A stretch of DNA of 64,000 nucleotides from an uncultured Clostridia bacterium (GCA_944377315.1 CALWEM010000022.1:6183-70182); one strand, 5' to 3'. Positions 30,697-41,031 are shown, numbered from the stretch's first letter. Notes: a model not told the origin generated them from the letters alone. Numbers and translations are program-made.

Positions 30697-33315
30697 ATGG
30701 ATTTCTATAAACAAACCATTGACCAGTGTTTGAGTCAGTTCTCAACGAGCAGAAATGGATTAAGTTACAGCGAAGTTGGAAAAAGATTTTCAAAAGCCAA
30801 ATCGCTGACAATTGAAAAAGAGAAAAAAGAAAGTGTTTTTCTCAAATTTTTGGCACAACTGAAAGAATTGATGGTGCTTATTCTTCTGATTTCTGCCATA
30901 ATTTCCATTATTATTGGTGCAGTCGAAAATTCCACAAGTGAAGTCGTGGATGGAATCATCATTCTTGCCATTGTCATTATGAATGCGATGTTTGGCGTTT
31001 TCCAAGAAAACAAAACCGAAAAAGCCATTGAAAGTTTGAAAAAAATGACCGAAAAAGAATGTTTTGTGCAAAGAGATGGCAAAGTGGAAAAAATACCAAG
31101 TAAAGCGCTCGTTTTTGGTGATATTGTGGTGCTTGAGCCGGGAGCAATTGTGCCAGCCGATTTGCGACTTGTTGAAACTGTGAATTTCAAAGTCAATGAA
31201 TCATCTTTGACTGGCGAGAGCGAAGCGGTTGAAAAAGACGCCTTGGCAGTTTTTTCCAAAAATCTTTCTCTTGCCGAACGAAAGAATATGGCGTATTGCG
31301 GTAGCGTGGTTGAAAATGGTCACGCCAAAGGTATTGTTGTTGGAATTGGAAAGGAAACCGAGTTCGGAAAAATTGCTGAAAGTTTGAAATCCACCAAAAA
31401 AGAACTGACACCACTTCAAAAGGATATTCAATCGGTCGGCAAAGTTTTGACATATCTCATTCTTTTGATGGCGACAATCACATTCATTTTGGAAGTCGTG
31501 GCAAAACCAGATGAAATTTTGAACGCATTTTTGACCGCTGTGGCGATTTCTGTGGCGGCGATTCCAGAGAGTATGCCTGCTGTTATCACAATCATAATGA
31601 GTTTGGGAATTGCCGAGTTAAGCAAACAAAAAGCGATTGTCAAAAAAATGCACGCTGTGGAAACTTTGGGCTGTTGCGATGTTATTTGTTCTGACAAAAC
31701 CGGCACGATTACCCAAAACAAGATGACGGTGGAAGATATTTATTGCAAATTTGATGAAAACAGCAAATTCTTTCAACTTTTTCTTGCGGATATGGTGCTT
31801 TGCAACGATGCTCAACTTGGAAAAGATGGCTATATTGGCGACCCGACCGAAGTGGCACTATTAAATTTTGCCAAGAATCACAAAATGAAAAAAGAAGAGA
31901 TGAATCTTGAAAGACTTCGAGAAAATTCTTTCACTTCGGCACGCAAAATGATGTCTTGTCAGTATGATTATGACGGAAAGAAATTGTTTGTCAAAGGCGC
32001 ACTTGACAGAATTTTGGAGAGATGTGACAGCATTATTGTGGGTGAAGAAAAAATACCGCTCAATGAGAACAGGAAAAAGGAAATATTGAAAGTCAATTCA
32101 AATATGTGCAGTGAAGCATTGCGAGTTTTGGCTTTTGCATACAAAGACGGCGAGGACACAAAGGAAGAGAATTTGACTTTTCTTGGACTTTGTGGGATGC
32201 AAGACCCGCCAAGACCGGAGATATATGAAGCGGTGGAAAAGTGTCGCAAGGCAGGAATGCGCCCGGTGATGATAACAGGTGACTACAAAGACACCGCTTT
32301 TGCCATTGCCAAAAAAATTGGTATTGCCAAAAACGAAAGAGAGATTATGTCGGGCGAAGAAATTGATGTGTATAGTGATGAAGAGTTCTCACAAATTGTG
32401 GAAAAAGTGAGCGTGTTTGCCAGAGTCAGCCCGGCACACAAATCACGAATTGTGGAAGCGTTGAAGAAGAATGGACATAATGTGGCGATGACAGGTGACG
32501 GCGTAAACGATGCTCCAAGTATGAAAAAAGCGAGCATTGGAATTGGAATGGGCAAGAATGGCACAGATGTGACAAAGGAAGTTGCGGACCTTATCATCAC
32601 GGATGACAATTTTGCCACGATTGTGGTGGCGGTTGAACAAGGACGAAAGATATACAGTAACATTCAAAAAACCATCAAATTTCTTTTTTCTGCAAATATG
32701 GCAGAAATTTTGGCTTTGTTTTTTCTCACAATCATTTTTCCAAATCTTACCTTCTTGTTGCCGGTTCAAATTTTGTTTGTCAATCTCATAACTGACACTC
32801 TTCCTGCCATTGCACTGGGTGTGGAGAAAGTGGAAAGTGGCATTATGGAAGAAAAGCCACGCAATCAAAAAAGCGGGCTGTTTTCAAATGGTGTGGGAGT
32901 GAGTATTTTCGTGCTGGGTTTTGTGCAGACCTTGCTAACGCTGGGTGCGTATCTTTTCGGTTTCTTTATGTATAACGAAAATGTGGCAATGACAATGGCG
33001 TTCTACACACTAAATTTCATTCAACTTTTTTATATGTTTACGGCTCGGTGCAAAGAGAGTGCGTTCAAATCCAATCCATTCAAAAACAAATTTTTCACAT
33101 TATCAATGGTGGTCGGATTTGGTTTCCTTATCATTGTTGCTCTGACAAATTTAAAGGAATTATTAAAACTCACTTCGCTTGATTTTTCTTGCTGGCTTAT
33201 TGTGGTAGCCTTTTCAATTTCAATAATATTCATCGGCGAATTATATAAATTAATTGAGAAAAAAATAATTAATAAAAAATCAAAAAATCCAAAATATATA
33301 GCTAAAAAATCATAA
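30697..33315 (+). CDS. P-type (type II, Ca2+-transporting-like) cation ATPase
   Basis: TGES actuator motif (SSLTGESEAV), CSDKTGTITQNKM phosphorylation site and TGDGVNDAPSMKKA hinge. The start is refined to ATG 30697 (MDFYKQ), 6 nt after AAGGAG; the ORF-track start at 30667 is a TTG without an SD. Confidence 0.9.
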   Translation: MDFYKQTIDQCLSQFSTSRNGLSYSEVGKRFSKAKSLTIEKEKKESVFLKFLAQLKELMVLILLISAIISIIIGAVENSTSEVVDGIIILAIVIMNAMFGVFQENKTEKAIESLKKMTEKECFVQRDGKVEKIPSKALVFGDIVVLEPGAIVPADLRLVETVNFKVNESSLTGESEAVEKDALAVFSKNLSLAERKNMAYCGSVVENGHAKGIVVGIGKETEFGKIAESLKSTKKELTPLQKDIQSVGKVLTYLILLMATITFILEVVAKPDEILNAFLTAVAISVAAIPESMPAVITIIMSLGIAELSKQKAIVKKMHAVETLGCCDVICSDKTGTITQNKMTVEDIYCKFDENSKFFQLFLADMVLCNDAQLGKDGYIGDPTEVALLNFAKNHKMKKEEMNLERLRENSFTSARKMMSCQYDYDGKKLFVKGALDRILERCDSIIVGEEKIPLNENRKKEILKVNSNMCSEALRVLAFAYKDGEDTKEENLTFLGLCGMQDPPRPEIYEAVEKCRKAGMRPVMITGDYKDTAFAIAKKIGIAKNEREIMSGEEIDVYSDEEFSQIVEKVSVFARVSPAHKSRIVEALKKNGHNVAMTGDGVNDAPSMKKASIGIGMGKNGTDVTKEVADLIITDDNFATIVVAVEQGRKIYSNIQKTIKFLFSANMAEILALFFLTIIFPNLTFLLPVQILFVNLITDTLPAIALGVEKVESGIMEEKPRNQKSGLFSNGVGVSIFVLGFVQTLLTLGAYLFGFFMYNENVAMTMAFYTLNFIQLFYMFTARCKESAFKSNPFKNKFFTLSMVVGFGFLIIVALTNLKELLKLTSLDFSCWLIVVAFSISIIFIGELYKLIEKKIINKKSKNPKYIAKKS

Positions 33316-33437
33316 AAAATTAAAAAAAATATTAATTTTTTAGGTATTTTTAAAAATTTTTAATTTATTTTTATAAAACTTCAATATTTTTATTGGGGTT
33401 TTATTTTTTGTTTGGAAATTTAATTTTCAACTTTTTG

Positions 33438-33465
33438 TGGACAAAGGGATGAGTTTTGTGATAAT
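33438..33465 (+). promoter_or_regulatory. Promoter abutting the holB start codon (leader of 0-2 nt)
   Basis: TGGACA (33438-33443), a 16-nt spacer, then TGtGATAAT with the hexamer at 33460-33465. ATG is at 33474 with no SD in between. Confidence 0.45.
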
Positions 33466-33473
33466 ATATTTAT

Positions 33474-34430
33474 ATGAGTTTAGCAGAAATTATTAAAAAT
33501 CAAAAGTTTTATATGAAACTGGAAGAAAAAAAGAAAAATGGCACTTTTTCAAATTCGGTTATGTTTTTTTGCGATGATGAAAAAACAAATGAACTTGTTT
33601 TGGTGTTGACAAGTTTGATGCTGAACTATCAGACCTATCAACTTTTTGATGAAAACAGCAGTGAATATCAAAAAATAATCAAAGATGCTGATCTCGACAT
33701 CAAATTCTATCCCAAAAATCGTGAGAAACTTTTGGTGTCAGATTCAAACGAAATTGTAGAAGAAACATATATTAAACCTGTCAATTTGGAGAATAAAATA
33801 TTCATCATAAAAGATATTGACAACTCCACAGAACAGGCACAAAACAAACTTTTGAAAGTTTTGGAAGAGCCACCAAAAAATGTCTACTTTCTCATCAGTT
33901 GCCGCTCATCTGACAAAGTTTTGCCGACAATTAAATCTCGCTGTGACAAAATTTTTGTGGAAAAACTTTCGCCGGAAGAGTTGGGAAAGATATTTTTGAA
34001 TCCACTTGCTGTCATTTTGAGCGAAGGATATATCGGTCGAGCAGAAGAGTTGTCCAACAAAAAAAATCTTGTGGAGATTGTGGATTTCGCTGTCGACCTT
34101 GCCAGCAAACTCAAAAATAGTTCTCAAGTTTTGAAATTTTCAAAAGAATTTGTGAGTTTTGAAAAAGACATTGAACTCATTTTGAAAATATATTCATACT
34201 GCCTTGAAGACTTTGTCAAGATAAAATCAGAAAAGGAAGAGATGTGCGTTTTGAAGCCGTATCTTCAAATTTTGAAATCGGTTGAGAATGAGTTTTCTGT
34301 GCAAGCAATTTGTGAAATTGAAAACCTTGTTTCAAGATTTATGGAAAAGATGAAATTTAATGCCAATCTAAATCTTTCAATTGACAATTTATTACTAAAA
34401 ATTTTGGAGGTAAAATATTTATGCAAGTAA
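33474..34430 (+). CDS. holB: DNA polymerase III delta-prime subunit
   Basis: AAA+-like clamp-loader fold without an intact P-loop. Motifs LLKVLEEPP and TIKSRC (SRC). It sits upstream of ricT as in Bacillus. Confidence 0.75.
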   Translation: MSLAEIIKNQKFYMKLEEKKKNGTFSNSVMFFCDDEKTNELVLVLTSLMLNYQTYQLFDENSSEYQKIIKDADLDIKFYPKNREKLLVSDSNEIVEETYIKPVNLENKIFIIKDIDNSTEQAQNKLLKVLEEPPKNVYFLISCRSSDKVLPTIKSRCDKIFVEKLSPEELGKIFLNPLAVILSEGYIGRAEELSNKKNLVEIVDFAVDLASKLKNSSQVLKFSKEFVSFEKDIELILKIYSYCLEDFVKIKSEKEEMCVLKPYLQILKSVENEFSVQAICEIENLVSRFMEKMKFNANLNLSIDNLLLKILEVKYLCK

Positions 34431-35239
34431 CAGTTGTTGGAGTCAAGTTCAAAAACAGTAATCATATATACAGTTTTTCGCCAAATGGTTTTGATGTGAA
34501 AAAAGGTGACTATGTCATTGTGGAAACTGAAAAAGGACAGGATTTGGGCGTTGTTGTCAAAGAAAAGGAAGAAATAAAGGCGGAAGAACTTGTTTCGGCG
34601 CTCAAAAATATCGTCAAAATTGCCACGCCAGAAATTGTGAAAAAGGCGGAGATGTATGATAAAGAAGCGGAAAAACTGACCACACAAATCAAAAATATCA
34701 TCAAATCATTCAACCTTGAGATGAAAGTTGTGAAAGTGGAAGCAAGTTTTGACAACTCCAAACTTATTGTCAATTTCACCGCTGAAAATCGTGTGGATTT
34801 CCGTGAGCTTGTGAAAAAACTTGCTGAAACTTTCAAAACAAGGGTGGAATTAAGGCAGATTGGCAGTCGTGATGAAGTGCGTCTTATGGGTGGATTTGGC
34901 TTATGTGGAAAGATATGTTGTTGTGTGCAAAACTTTGGTGAATTTGACCACGTTTCGATGAAAATGGCAAAGAATCAAAATCTTTCGCTCAACCCAACAA
35001 GCATAAGCGGACTTTGTGGCAAATTGATGTGTTGCTTGGCATATGAAAATCCAATCTATGCCGAATCCATCAAACTTATGCCAAAAGTGGGCAGTGAAGT
35101 GCAAACTTTGGACGGCAAAGGTGTGGTGGTGTTTAACGACTTGCTTGACAGAAAAGTCGATGTCAAATTTTCAAAAGGTGAAGAAGTTGAAATCAAGACT
35201 TTTGACCTTAATGATATCAAGTTCAAAAAGGAAAATTAA
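34421..35239 (+). CDS. ricT: PSP1-domain regulatory iron-sulfur protein RicT (YaaT)
   Basis: N-terminal VGVKFK...YSF, PSP1 core RQIGSRDEVR and a Cys cluster CGKICCC...GLCGKLMCCLAYE. It overlaps the holB end and has SD GGAGG. Confidence 0.85.
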   Translation: MQVTVVGVKFKNSNHIYSFSPNGFDVKKGDYVIVETEKGQDLGVVVKEKEEIKAEELVSALKNIVKIATPEIVKKAEMYDKEAEKLTTQIKNIIKSFNLEMKVVKVEASFDNSKLIVNFTAENRVDFRELVKKLAETFKTRVELRQIGSRDEVRLMGGFGLCGKICCCVQNFGEFDHVSMKMAKNQNLSLNPTSISGLCGKLMCCLAYENPIYAESIKLMPKVGSEVQTLDGKGVVVFNDLLDRKVDVKFSKGEEVEIKTFDLNDIKFKKEN

Positions 35240-35905
35240 GTGGAAATTGAAAAAGACGAAAGAGTGGAAGATTTGGGTGGTGGCTTGAAAGTTATTCAAA
35301 ACAAAGCGCACTACACTTTCACATCTGACAGCATAATTCTTGGAAATTTTTTGAAGCTTAAACCAAAGGAAAAAGCGGTTGAAATTGGTGGTGGCTGTGG
35401 TGTTATTTCCATTCTTGCAAGCGGAAAAAATAAATTTTCAAAAATAAAAATCTTTGAAATTCAAGAAAAAATGCAAAAATTATGCGAAAAAAACATCAAA
35501 ATTAACAATTTGGATGAAAAAATTGAATTAATTTGCGATGATGCTAAAAATTTTAAGAAATATCTGGAAGTTTCTAGCCAAGATGTTGTTTTTTCAAATC
35601 CGCCATATTTTTTGGTGGACTCTTCTCCAAGCAGTGTGAGAAAAAATGCTCGTCAAGAAGTTTTTTTGAATTTGAAAGAGCTTGTCAAGATTTCCGCGCA
35701 AATGCTCAAATATGGTGGCAGATTTTATCTTATATATCCAGCCTCTCGACTTTGTGAGCTTATTTATGAATGTGAAAAAAATGATATTAAAATTAAGAGG
35801 ATGTTTTTCACTCAAAATTGTCACAAAGTGGTCAATTTGGTGGTTATTGAAGGGAAAAAATGTGGCAGTGACGGTGTTAAAATTCTGCCGACAGTGGAAG
35901 TTTAG
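35240..35905 (+). CDS. SAM-dependent N6-adenine methyltransferase (YabB / TrmN6-like)
   Basis: GTG start directly after the ricT stop. Motif I is VEIGGGCGVIS and motif IV is FSNPPYF. The position after ricT matches Bacillus yabB. Confidence 0.75.
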   Translation: MEIEKDERVEDLGGGLKVIQNKAHYTFTSDSIILGNFLKLKPKEKAVEIGGGCGVISILASGKNKFSKIKIFEIQEKMQKLCEKNIKINNLDEKIELICDDAKNFKKYLEVSSQDVVFSNPPYFLVDSSPSSVRKNARQEVFLNLKELVKISAQMLKYGGRFYLIYPASRLCELIYECEKNDIKIKRMFFTQNCHKVVNLVVIEGKKCGSDGVKILPTVEV

Positions 35906-35912
35906 GTGAAAT

Positions 35913-36738
35913 ATGGAAAAAGGAATCAGTTATTTTTTTTGGTTATGAAATCAAAAAGAAAGAAAAAATAAGATTAATAAAAGAAGCTGGCTTTACGAGT
36001 GTTATCACAAGTGCCGACAAAAAATTTGAAAAACAAAATGGCAGAATTTCACTGCAAGTAAGGTTAATGAAAAAGTTTGGACTTAAACTTTCCAGCCTTC
36101 ATTTTAGATATGATGTTGACAAGTTGCATTATTTTTGGGAAGAAGGAAAAATCGGTGAAAAATTAAAGAAAAATTTGATTAAAGATGTCAAAATTGCCAA
36201 AAAATATGGTTTTAAGTGTGTTGTCGTGCATCTTTTTGGAAAATATTCGGAAATTGGAGAGCAAAGACTTTTGGAAGTTTTGGATGTTTGCGACAAATTG
36301 AATATTCCGCTTGCTGTTGAAAACATTAATGACAAGGAGACTTTTGTTAAGACTTTTGAAAAAATTAAACACGATATGTTAAAGTTTTGCTATGATTCTG
36401 GGCACGGAAATATTTTTGACAAGGACTTTGATTATTTGAAAGAATATCAAGACAAATTGATTTGCCTTCATTTGCACGATAACAATGGCTTGAAAGACCA
36501 TCACACCATAACAAAATATAGTGGGAGCATTGACTGGAAGAAAATTGCCAAAATTTTGGCGGAGAAACCAGATATTTCGCTTGACTATGAAATTTTGCAA
36601 AGAAGTGAGAATATTCAAGAAAATCCCAAAATCTTTTTGGAAGAAGTCTATGAACAAGCAACAAATTTGGAAAAACTTATTGAGTTATATCAGAAAAATG
36701 GTTGGAGTGATGAAATATCTTCTAAAAAAGAAAAATAA
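35913..36738 (+). pseudogene. Xylose-isomerase-like TIM-barrel (sugar phosphate isomerase/epimerase family) gene interrupted by one extra base in a T8 run
   Basis: ATG 35913 has SD AGGTG and reads MEKGISYFF, then hits TGA at 35946. After T8 (35933-35940) the next coordinate frame reads GYEIKKKEKIRLIKEAGFTSVITSADKKF...LM and continues into ORF 36067-36738 (VVHLFG, LAVENIN, DSGHGNIF, LHLHDNNGLKDHH). T7 would give one intact ORF of about 274 aa. Confidence 0.65.
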
Positions 36739-36774
36739 AAATTTTGAAATAAGTTGAGAAAATTGTTGATTTCT

Positions 36775-36803
36775 TTGACTTATTTTCTTTTTTTTATTAT
36801 AAT
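36775..36803 (+). promoter_or_regulatory. Strong SigA-type promoter of the oxidoreductase gene
   Basis: TTGACT (36775-36780), a 17-nt spacer, then TATAAT (36798-36803). SD AAAGGAGA precedes ATG 36834. Confidence 0.65.
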
Positions 36804-36833
36804 TTTTCTATACATATTGAAAAGGAGATTTTT

Positions 36834-38891
36834 ATGGATAAAAAATTTGAACCACTTTTCACACCTTGGAAGATAGGAAATGTGGAGATTAAAAACAGAA
36901 TTGTGCTTTGCCCAATGGGCGGAACTTCCATTTTTGGCTGGATGGAACCACATCATTTCGACAAAGACGCTGCAGATTTTTTTATGGAACTTGCAAAAAA
37001 TAATGTCGGCTTGATTATTCCAGGCATCGCCCCACTCAAAAATCTTATCGGTGGACAATGGCTGTATAAAGCAAAGGGTGCTTTCAAAAAATTGAAACCA
37101 TATATGGAAGAATTCCACAAAACTGGTGCAAAGATGTTTGTTCAGTTGACAGCAGGATTTGGTCGTTCCTTTTCTGTGCCAAATGGTATGGTGCCAATGC
37201 TCAAATCCAAATTTTTGAATGCTCTTTTGAAACCAATCATTGACATTCAATATCTTTGTGCTTCACCAAGTGAACTCCCAGCTCGTTGGGTGGAAGGTGG
37301 ACTCACAAGAGCGCTTACCAAAAAAGAAATACAAAAAATGATTGAGGCGTTTGCAAAAACTGCCAAAATGTGTAAAGATGCGGGCGTTGATGGTGTGGAA
37401 ATCCACGCTGTTCACGAAGGATATCTTCTTGACCAATTCACAACAGCATACACCAATTTAAGGGATGATGAATATGGCGGAAGTTTTGAAAATCGCTATC
37501 GTTTCCCTGTGGAAGTTGTCAAAGCGATTAAAGCGCTTTGCGGTCAGGATTATCCTGTTTCTCTTCGTTATTCTGTCGTTTCCAAAACCAAAGATTTTTG
37601 TGTTGGTGCAATACCGGGAGAAAAATTCAAAGAAGTTGGAAGAGATATGGAAGAGAGTGAAAAAGCGGCAAAATATCTCCAAGACGCGGGTTATGATATG
37701 CTTGATGCTGACAATGGCACATATGATGCTTGGTATTGGGCTCATCCACCAATGTATATGCCACTGAACTGCAATCTTGATGATGTGGCACACATTCGAA
37801 AATTTGTCGATATTCCAGTGGTTTGTGCTGGGCGTATGGAACCTGTCACAGCAGCAAAAGCGATTAAAGATGGCAAGATTGACGCAATGGGCGTGGCAAG
37901 ACAATTTTTGGTGGATCACACTTGGGTAACCAAACTCATAAATGACCAACTTGATGAAATTCAGCCTTGCATTTGTTGTCATAATGCCTGCCTTCCAATG
38001 TCGCACTACAAAGGTATTGCCAATGGAGCGGCGATGTCTGACACTCAACATATGTCAAGATGTGCTTTGAATCCACTCACAATGCAAAATCATAAGTTTG
38101 ACATTGTCAAAGCAAAAAAACAAAAGAAAGTGGCTGTCATCGGTGGTGGTGTTGGCGGTATCGAAGTTGCCAGAATTGCCACATTGAGAGGACACAAAGT
38201 GACAATCTATGAAAAAACTGACAAATTGGGTGGTGTGTTCATTGCAGCAGCCACACCTTCTTTCAAAGAAAAAGACAGAATGTTGATTGAATGGTATCGC
38301 AAGCAAATCGCCAAACTTCCAATCGAAGTGAAATTTAACACGCTTGTTAAAGACCTTAAAGATATTGATGCCGATGAAATTGTGATTGCAACTGGTGCAA
38401 CGCCAAAGAAAGCACCAATCAAAGGATTTGAAAAAACAATCGAAGCGTGCGAATATCTTCTCGGCGACAAGAAAAATATTGGTGACAAAGTTGTGGTGAT
38501 TGGTGGCGGTTTGACCGGTTGTGAAATTGCTTATGAACTTTCACTCAATGGGAAAAATCCAATTATTGTGGAAACCTTGAATGACCTTATGGTTTCGAAA
38601 AAACTTTGTCTTGCAAATTCTTCTTATCTTCGCGATTATTTCAAATATAAAAATGTGCCAGTTTATTTGGAAAGCAAAGTGGTAGAAATCAAAGATGATG
38701 GCGTTATCATCGAAGACAAGAAAGGTAAACGAACAGCAATCAAGGCGGACAATGTTATCTCTGCAATTGGTTACACACCAAACCCACTCGCAAAGAAAGG
38801 TCGTCACATTCATATTGTCGGCGATGCTCAAAAAGTTGGCAATTTGAGAACGGTTGTTTGGCGTGCTTGGGAAGTTGCTGAAAAAATCTAG
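36834..38891 (+). CDS. Old-yellow-enzyme-type FMN oxidoreductase fused to an FAD/NAD(P)-binding domain (2,4-dienoyl-CoA reductase / NADH oxidase family)
   Basis: OYE TIM-barrel motifs (NRIVLCPMGG, EIHAVHEGYLLDQF). A Cys cluster CICCHNAC...SRC is typical of the 4Fe-4S linker. Two Rossmann GxGxxG motifs are present (VIGGGVGG and VIGGGLTG). Confidence 0.85.
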   Translation: MDKKFEPLFTPWKIGNVEIKNRIVLCPMGGTSIFGWMEPHHFDKDAADFFMELAKNNVGLIIPGIAPLKNLIGGQWLYKAKGAFKKLKPYMEEFHKTGAKMFVQLTAGFGRSFSVPNGMVPMLKSKFLNALLKPIIDIQYLCASPSELPARWVEGGLTRALTKKEIQKMIEAFAKTAKMCKDAGVDGVEIHAVHEGYLLDQFTTAYTNLRDDEYGGSFENRYRFPVEVVKAIKALCGQDYPVSLRYSVVSKTKDFCVGAIPGEKFKEVGRDMEESEKAAKYLQDAGYDMLDADNGTYDAWYWAHPPMYMPLNCNLDDVAHIRKFVDIPVVCAGRMEPVTAAKAIKDGKIDAMGVARQFLVDHTWVTKLINDQLDEIQPCICCHNACLPMSHYKGIANGAAMSDTQHMSRCALNPLTMQNHKFDIVKAKKQKKVAVIGGGVGGIEVARIATLRGHKVTIYEKTDKLGGVFIAAATPSFKEKDRMLIEWYRKQIAKLPIEVKFNTLVKDLKDIDADEIVIATGATPKKAPIKGFEKTIEACEYLLGDKKNIGDKVVVIGGGLTGCEIAYELSLNGKNPIIVETLNDLMVSKKLCLANSSYLRDYFKYKNVPVYLESKVVEIKDDGVIIEDKKGKRTAIKADNVISAIGYTPNPLAKKGRHIHIVGDAQKVGNLRTVVWRAWEVAEKI

Positions 38892-38940
38892 TTTGAAAAT
38901 ATTTTTGGCAATAACAAAAAATTGTTAATTTATAAACTTA

Positions 38941-38975
38941 AAGCACTTTAACTATGATGGTTAGAGTGCTTTTTA
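38941..38975 (+). terminator. Rho-independent terminator after the oxidoreductase gene
   Basis: 11-bp stem AAGCACTTTAA / TTAGAGTGCTT (one G-U pair) with a 9-nt loop, followed by a T run. Confidence 0.7.
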
Positions 38976-39078
38976 AGTTTACCACCAAAATTTCATAGTC
39001 GCTTTTTGATGATATAATAAAAATTTGACAACCTTGAAATTATTTCATAATTTTTTTTGAATTGCAGATAATAACAAA

Positions 39079-39909
39079 ATGAGAAAGTTTTTTATATTTT
39101 GTTTAATATTTTTAATTCTTCCATTTTCTTTGAGTGCTGGTGTGTGTTATGCGGAAAGCGAAAGTCGCGACATTCCAATTTTGATGTATCATCAAATTTT
39201 AAAGAGTTGGACAGGCGATTATATTGTCACGCCAAAAACTCTTCAAGATGATATAAAATATCTAAAAAATCACGGATATGAACCGATTTTTGTGGAAGAT
39301 ATCATCAACTTTTGTGAAGGAAAAAGTTCATTGCCAGAAAAACCGGTGGTTTTATCTTTTGATGATGGACATTACAACAATTTTTTCTATGCATATCCAA
39401 TAATCAAGGAAGAAAATTTCAAAGCCAATTTGAATGTCATTGGTGGATTCTGCGATTTTTCAACCACAAGCGGTGATATTGACAATCCGAATTATTCCTA
39501 TCTCACTTGGGAAGAAATTAAATTTCTTCACGATTCAAAGTATTTTGAAATCGGTAACCACACCTTCAAAATGCATAATTTCAAACCGCGTTTTGGTATC
39601 AAAAGAAAAGATAATGAAGACATTGAATCCTACAAAAAAGCACTTGAAGATGACATTATGAAATTGGAGAACAAGTTGAAAAATGATTGCGGATTTTCCA
39701 CAGATGTCTTCGCCTATCCTTTCGGTGTTTACAGCAAAGAAAGTGAAGAAATTTTGAAAAATTTGGGTTTCAAGGCGTTTCTAACTTGCAATGAAGGAAT
39801 AAACAAGGTGACATTCAACGATAATTCCGCTTTAAGTCATCTAAAGCGAATAAACCGCACCGGAAAACTTGACACTGAAACTTTCTTTCAAAAGCATCAT
39901 ATCACATAA
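39079..39909 (+). CDS. Secreted polysaccharide deacetylase (NodB family)
   Basis: Signal peptide FIFCLIFLILPFSLSAGVCYA, NodB motif VLSFDDGHYNNF and downstream HT..H. There is no SD; a GATAAT hexamer (39067-39072) ends 7 nt before the ATG. Confidence 0.8.
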   Translation: MRKFFIFCLIFLILPFSLSAGVCYAESESRDIPILMYHQILKSWTGDYIVTPKTLQDDIKYLKNHGYEPIFVEDIINFCEGKSSLPEKPVVLSFDDGHYNNFFYAYPIIKEENFKANLNVIGGFCDFSTTSGDIDNPNYSYLTWEEIKFLHDSKYFEIGNHTFKMHNFKPRFGIKRKDNEDIESYKKALEDDIMKLENKLKNDCGFSTDVFAYPFGVYSKESEEILKNLGFKAFLTCNEGINKVTFNDNSALSHLKRINRTGKLDTETFFQKHHIT

Positions 39910-40408
39910 CTCGGCAGAGTAGACACGCGAGAATTGTGCCGACAATGGAACAAAGAAGAGCGACAGGAATGGCGTATAGAAGCTTTTTCACTTTTGTTTG
40001 AGAGAAATAGACGGTGGCAACATAGAAAATGGTTTCACTGCAACCCATAATGACGCAAGCACAACGCGAGATATAACTGTCAGCACCATATGTGGTCAAA
40101 ACATCTTCTAAAAGAGCATAACTTCCACTGCCGGTGAAAGGGCGAAGAAGGACAAGCTCGGTAAGTTCTGGTGGAATGCCAAGAAAATTGAAAATTGGTG
40201 ACAAAATTTGCGTTAAAAAGGTGGTGATGCCACTCACGCGAAGAAGGGTGACGGCGATGAGAATGGACGCAATAAAAGGAAAGATGTCCACAACAAGTTT
40301 GATAGCGCCTTTTGCTCCTTTGACAAAACTGTCATATGTGTTAATTCTTTTGAAAATGCAATAAATAATCAAAAGAAGGAAAAGGACAGGAAGGATATAT
40401 GCACTCAT
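39902..40408 (-). CDS. spmB: Spore maturation protein B-like nucleoside-recognition (Gate) membrane protein
   Basis: 168-aa polytopic protein with LRPFTGSGSYALLED and YFSQTKV segments typical of SpmB. It is translationally coupled to spmA through a 4-nt overlap. Confidence 0.75.
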   Translation of the reverse strand: MSAYILPVLFLLLIIYCIFKRINTYDSFVKGAKGAIKLVVDIFPFIASILIAVTLLRVSGITTFLTQILSPIFNFLGIPPELTELVLLRPFTGSGSYALLEDVLTTYGADSYISRCACVIMGCSETIFYVATVYFSQTKVKKLLYAIPVALLCSIVGTILACLLCRVM

Positions 40409-41022
40409 TTTCTCTTCCCGCCTTTTATTTTTCTTCGAAAATGCTCAATTGTGTGGCAGAGAATAATTCCCAAAATTGTGGTTGTGAAAGTGACAATGAG
40501 TGTCGGAAGAATGATATCGGCGGGGTTCGCACTTCCTGCGTTCGACCTTAAACCAATCACGGTGGTGGGTAAAAGTTGAATGGAAGTGGCGTTGATGACA
40601 AGAAGCATAATCATTGCAAAATTTGCTCTGCCACTCTTGTCATCAAGAGCCTGCATCGCACGAATACCCATCGGCGTGGCGGCATTGCCAACCCCTAACA
40701 TATTGGCGGAAATATTGAGAGCGATGATTTTTTCAGTTTCTTCATTGTTAATCTTAAAAATTTTTCGAATAAGCGGGCGAAGCAGTTTGGCAAGTTTTTT
40801 GGAAAGTCCGCTGGCGTCGACAAGTTCAATAAAACCGAGCCACACCACATACACAGCACAGAGTTCGATGCAAAGTTCGAGAGCATCTGCACCAGCACCA
40901 ATCATTTCGTTGAGCATTTCAGATGGGTTGGTGACAAGCAGAACAAGTGTTGAAGATAACATCATCATAAGCCAAAAAATATTCATACTTATTTTTATGC
41001 TGAAAGTGGGTAAAAAAGTCAT
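40405..41022 (-). CDS. spmA: Spore maturation protein A-like nucleoside-recognition membrane protein
   Basis: Polytopic protein with ISANMLGVGNAATPMG, typical of SpmA. The true start may be the internal ATG at 40986 (MNIFWLMMM). Neither candidate start has a clear SD. Confidence 0.75.
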   Translation of the reverse strand: MTFLPTFSIKISMNIFWLMMMLSSTLVLLVTNPSEMLNEMIGAGADALELCIELCAVYVVWLGFIELVDASGLSKKLAKLLRPLIRKIFKINNEETEKIIALNISANMLGVGNAATPMGIRAMQALDDKSGRANFAMIMLLVINATSIQLLPTTVIGLRSNAGSANPADIILPTLIVTFTTTILGIILCHTIEHFRRKIKGGKRK

Positions 41023-41031
41023 TTTCTTTGA

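Noticed and set aside
39902-39909. 8-bp convergent overlap of the deacetylase and spmB 3' ends, considered as a possible regulatory antisense arrangement.
   Set aside because: Short convergent overlaps are common in compact genomes. No additional structure or signal is visible, so there is nothing to support a specific function.
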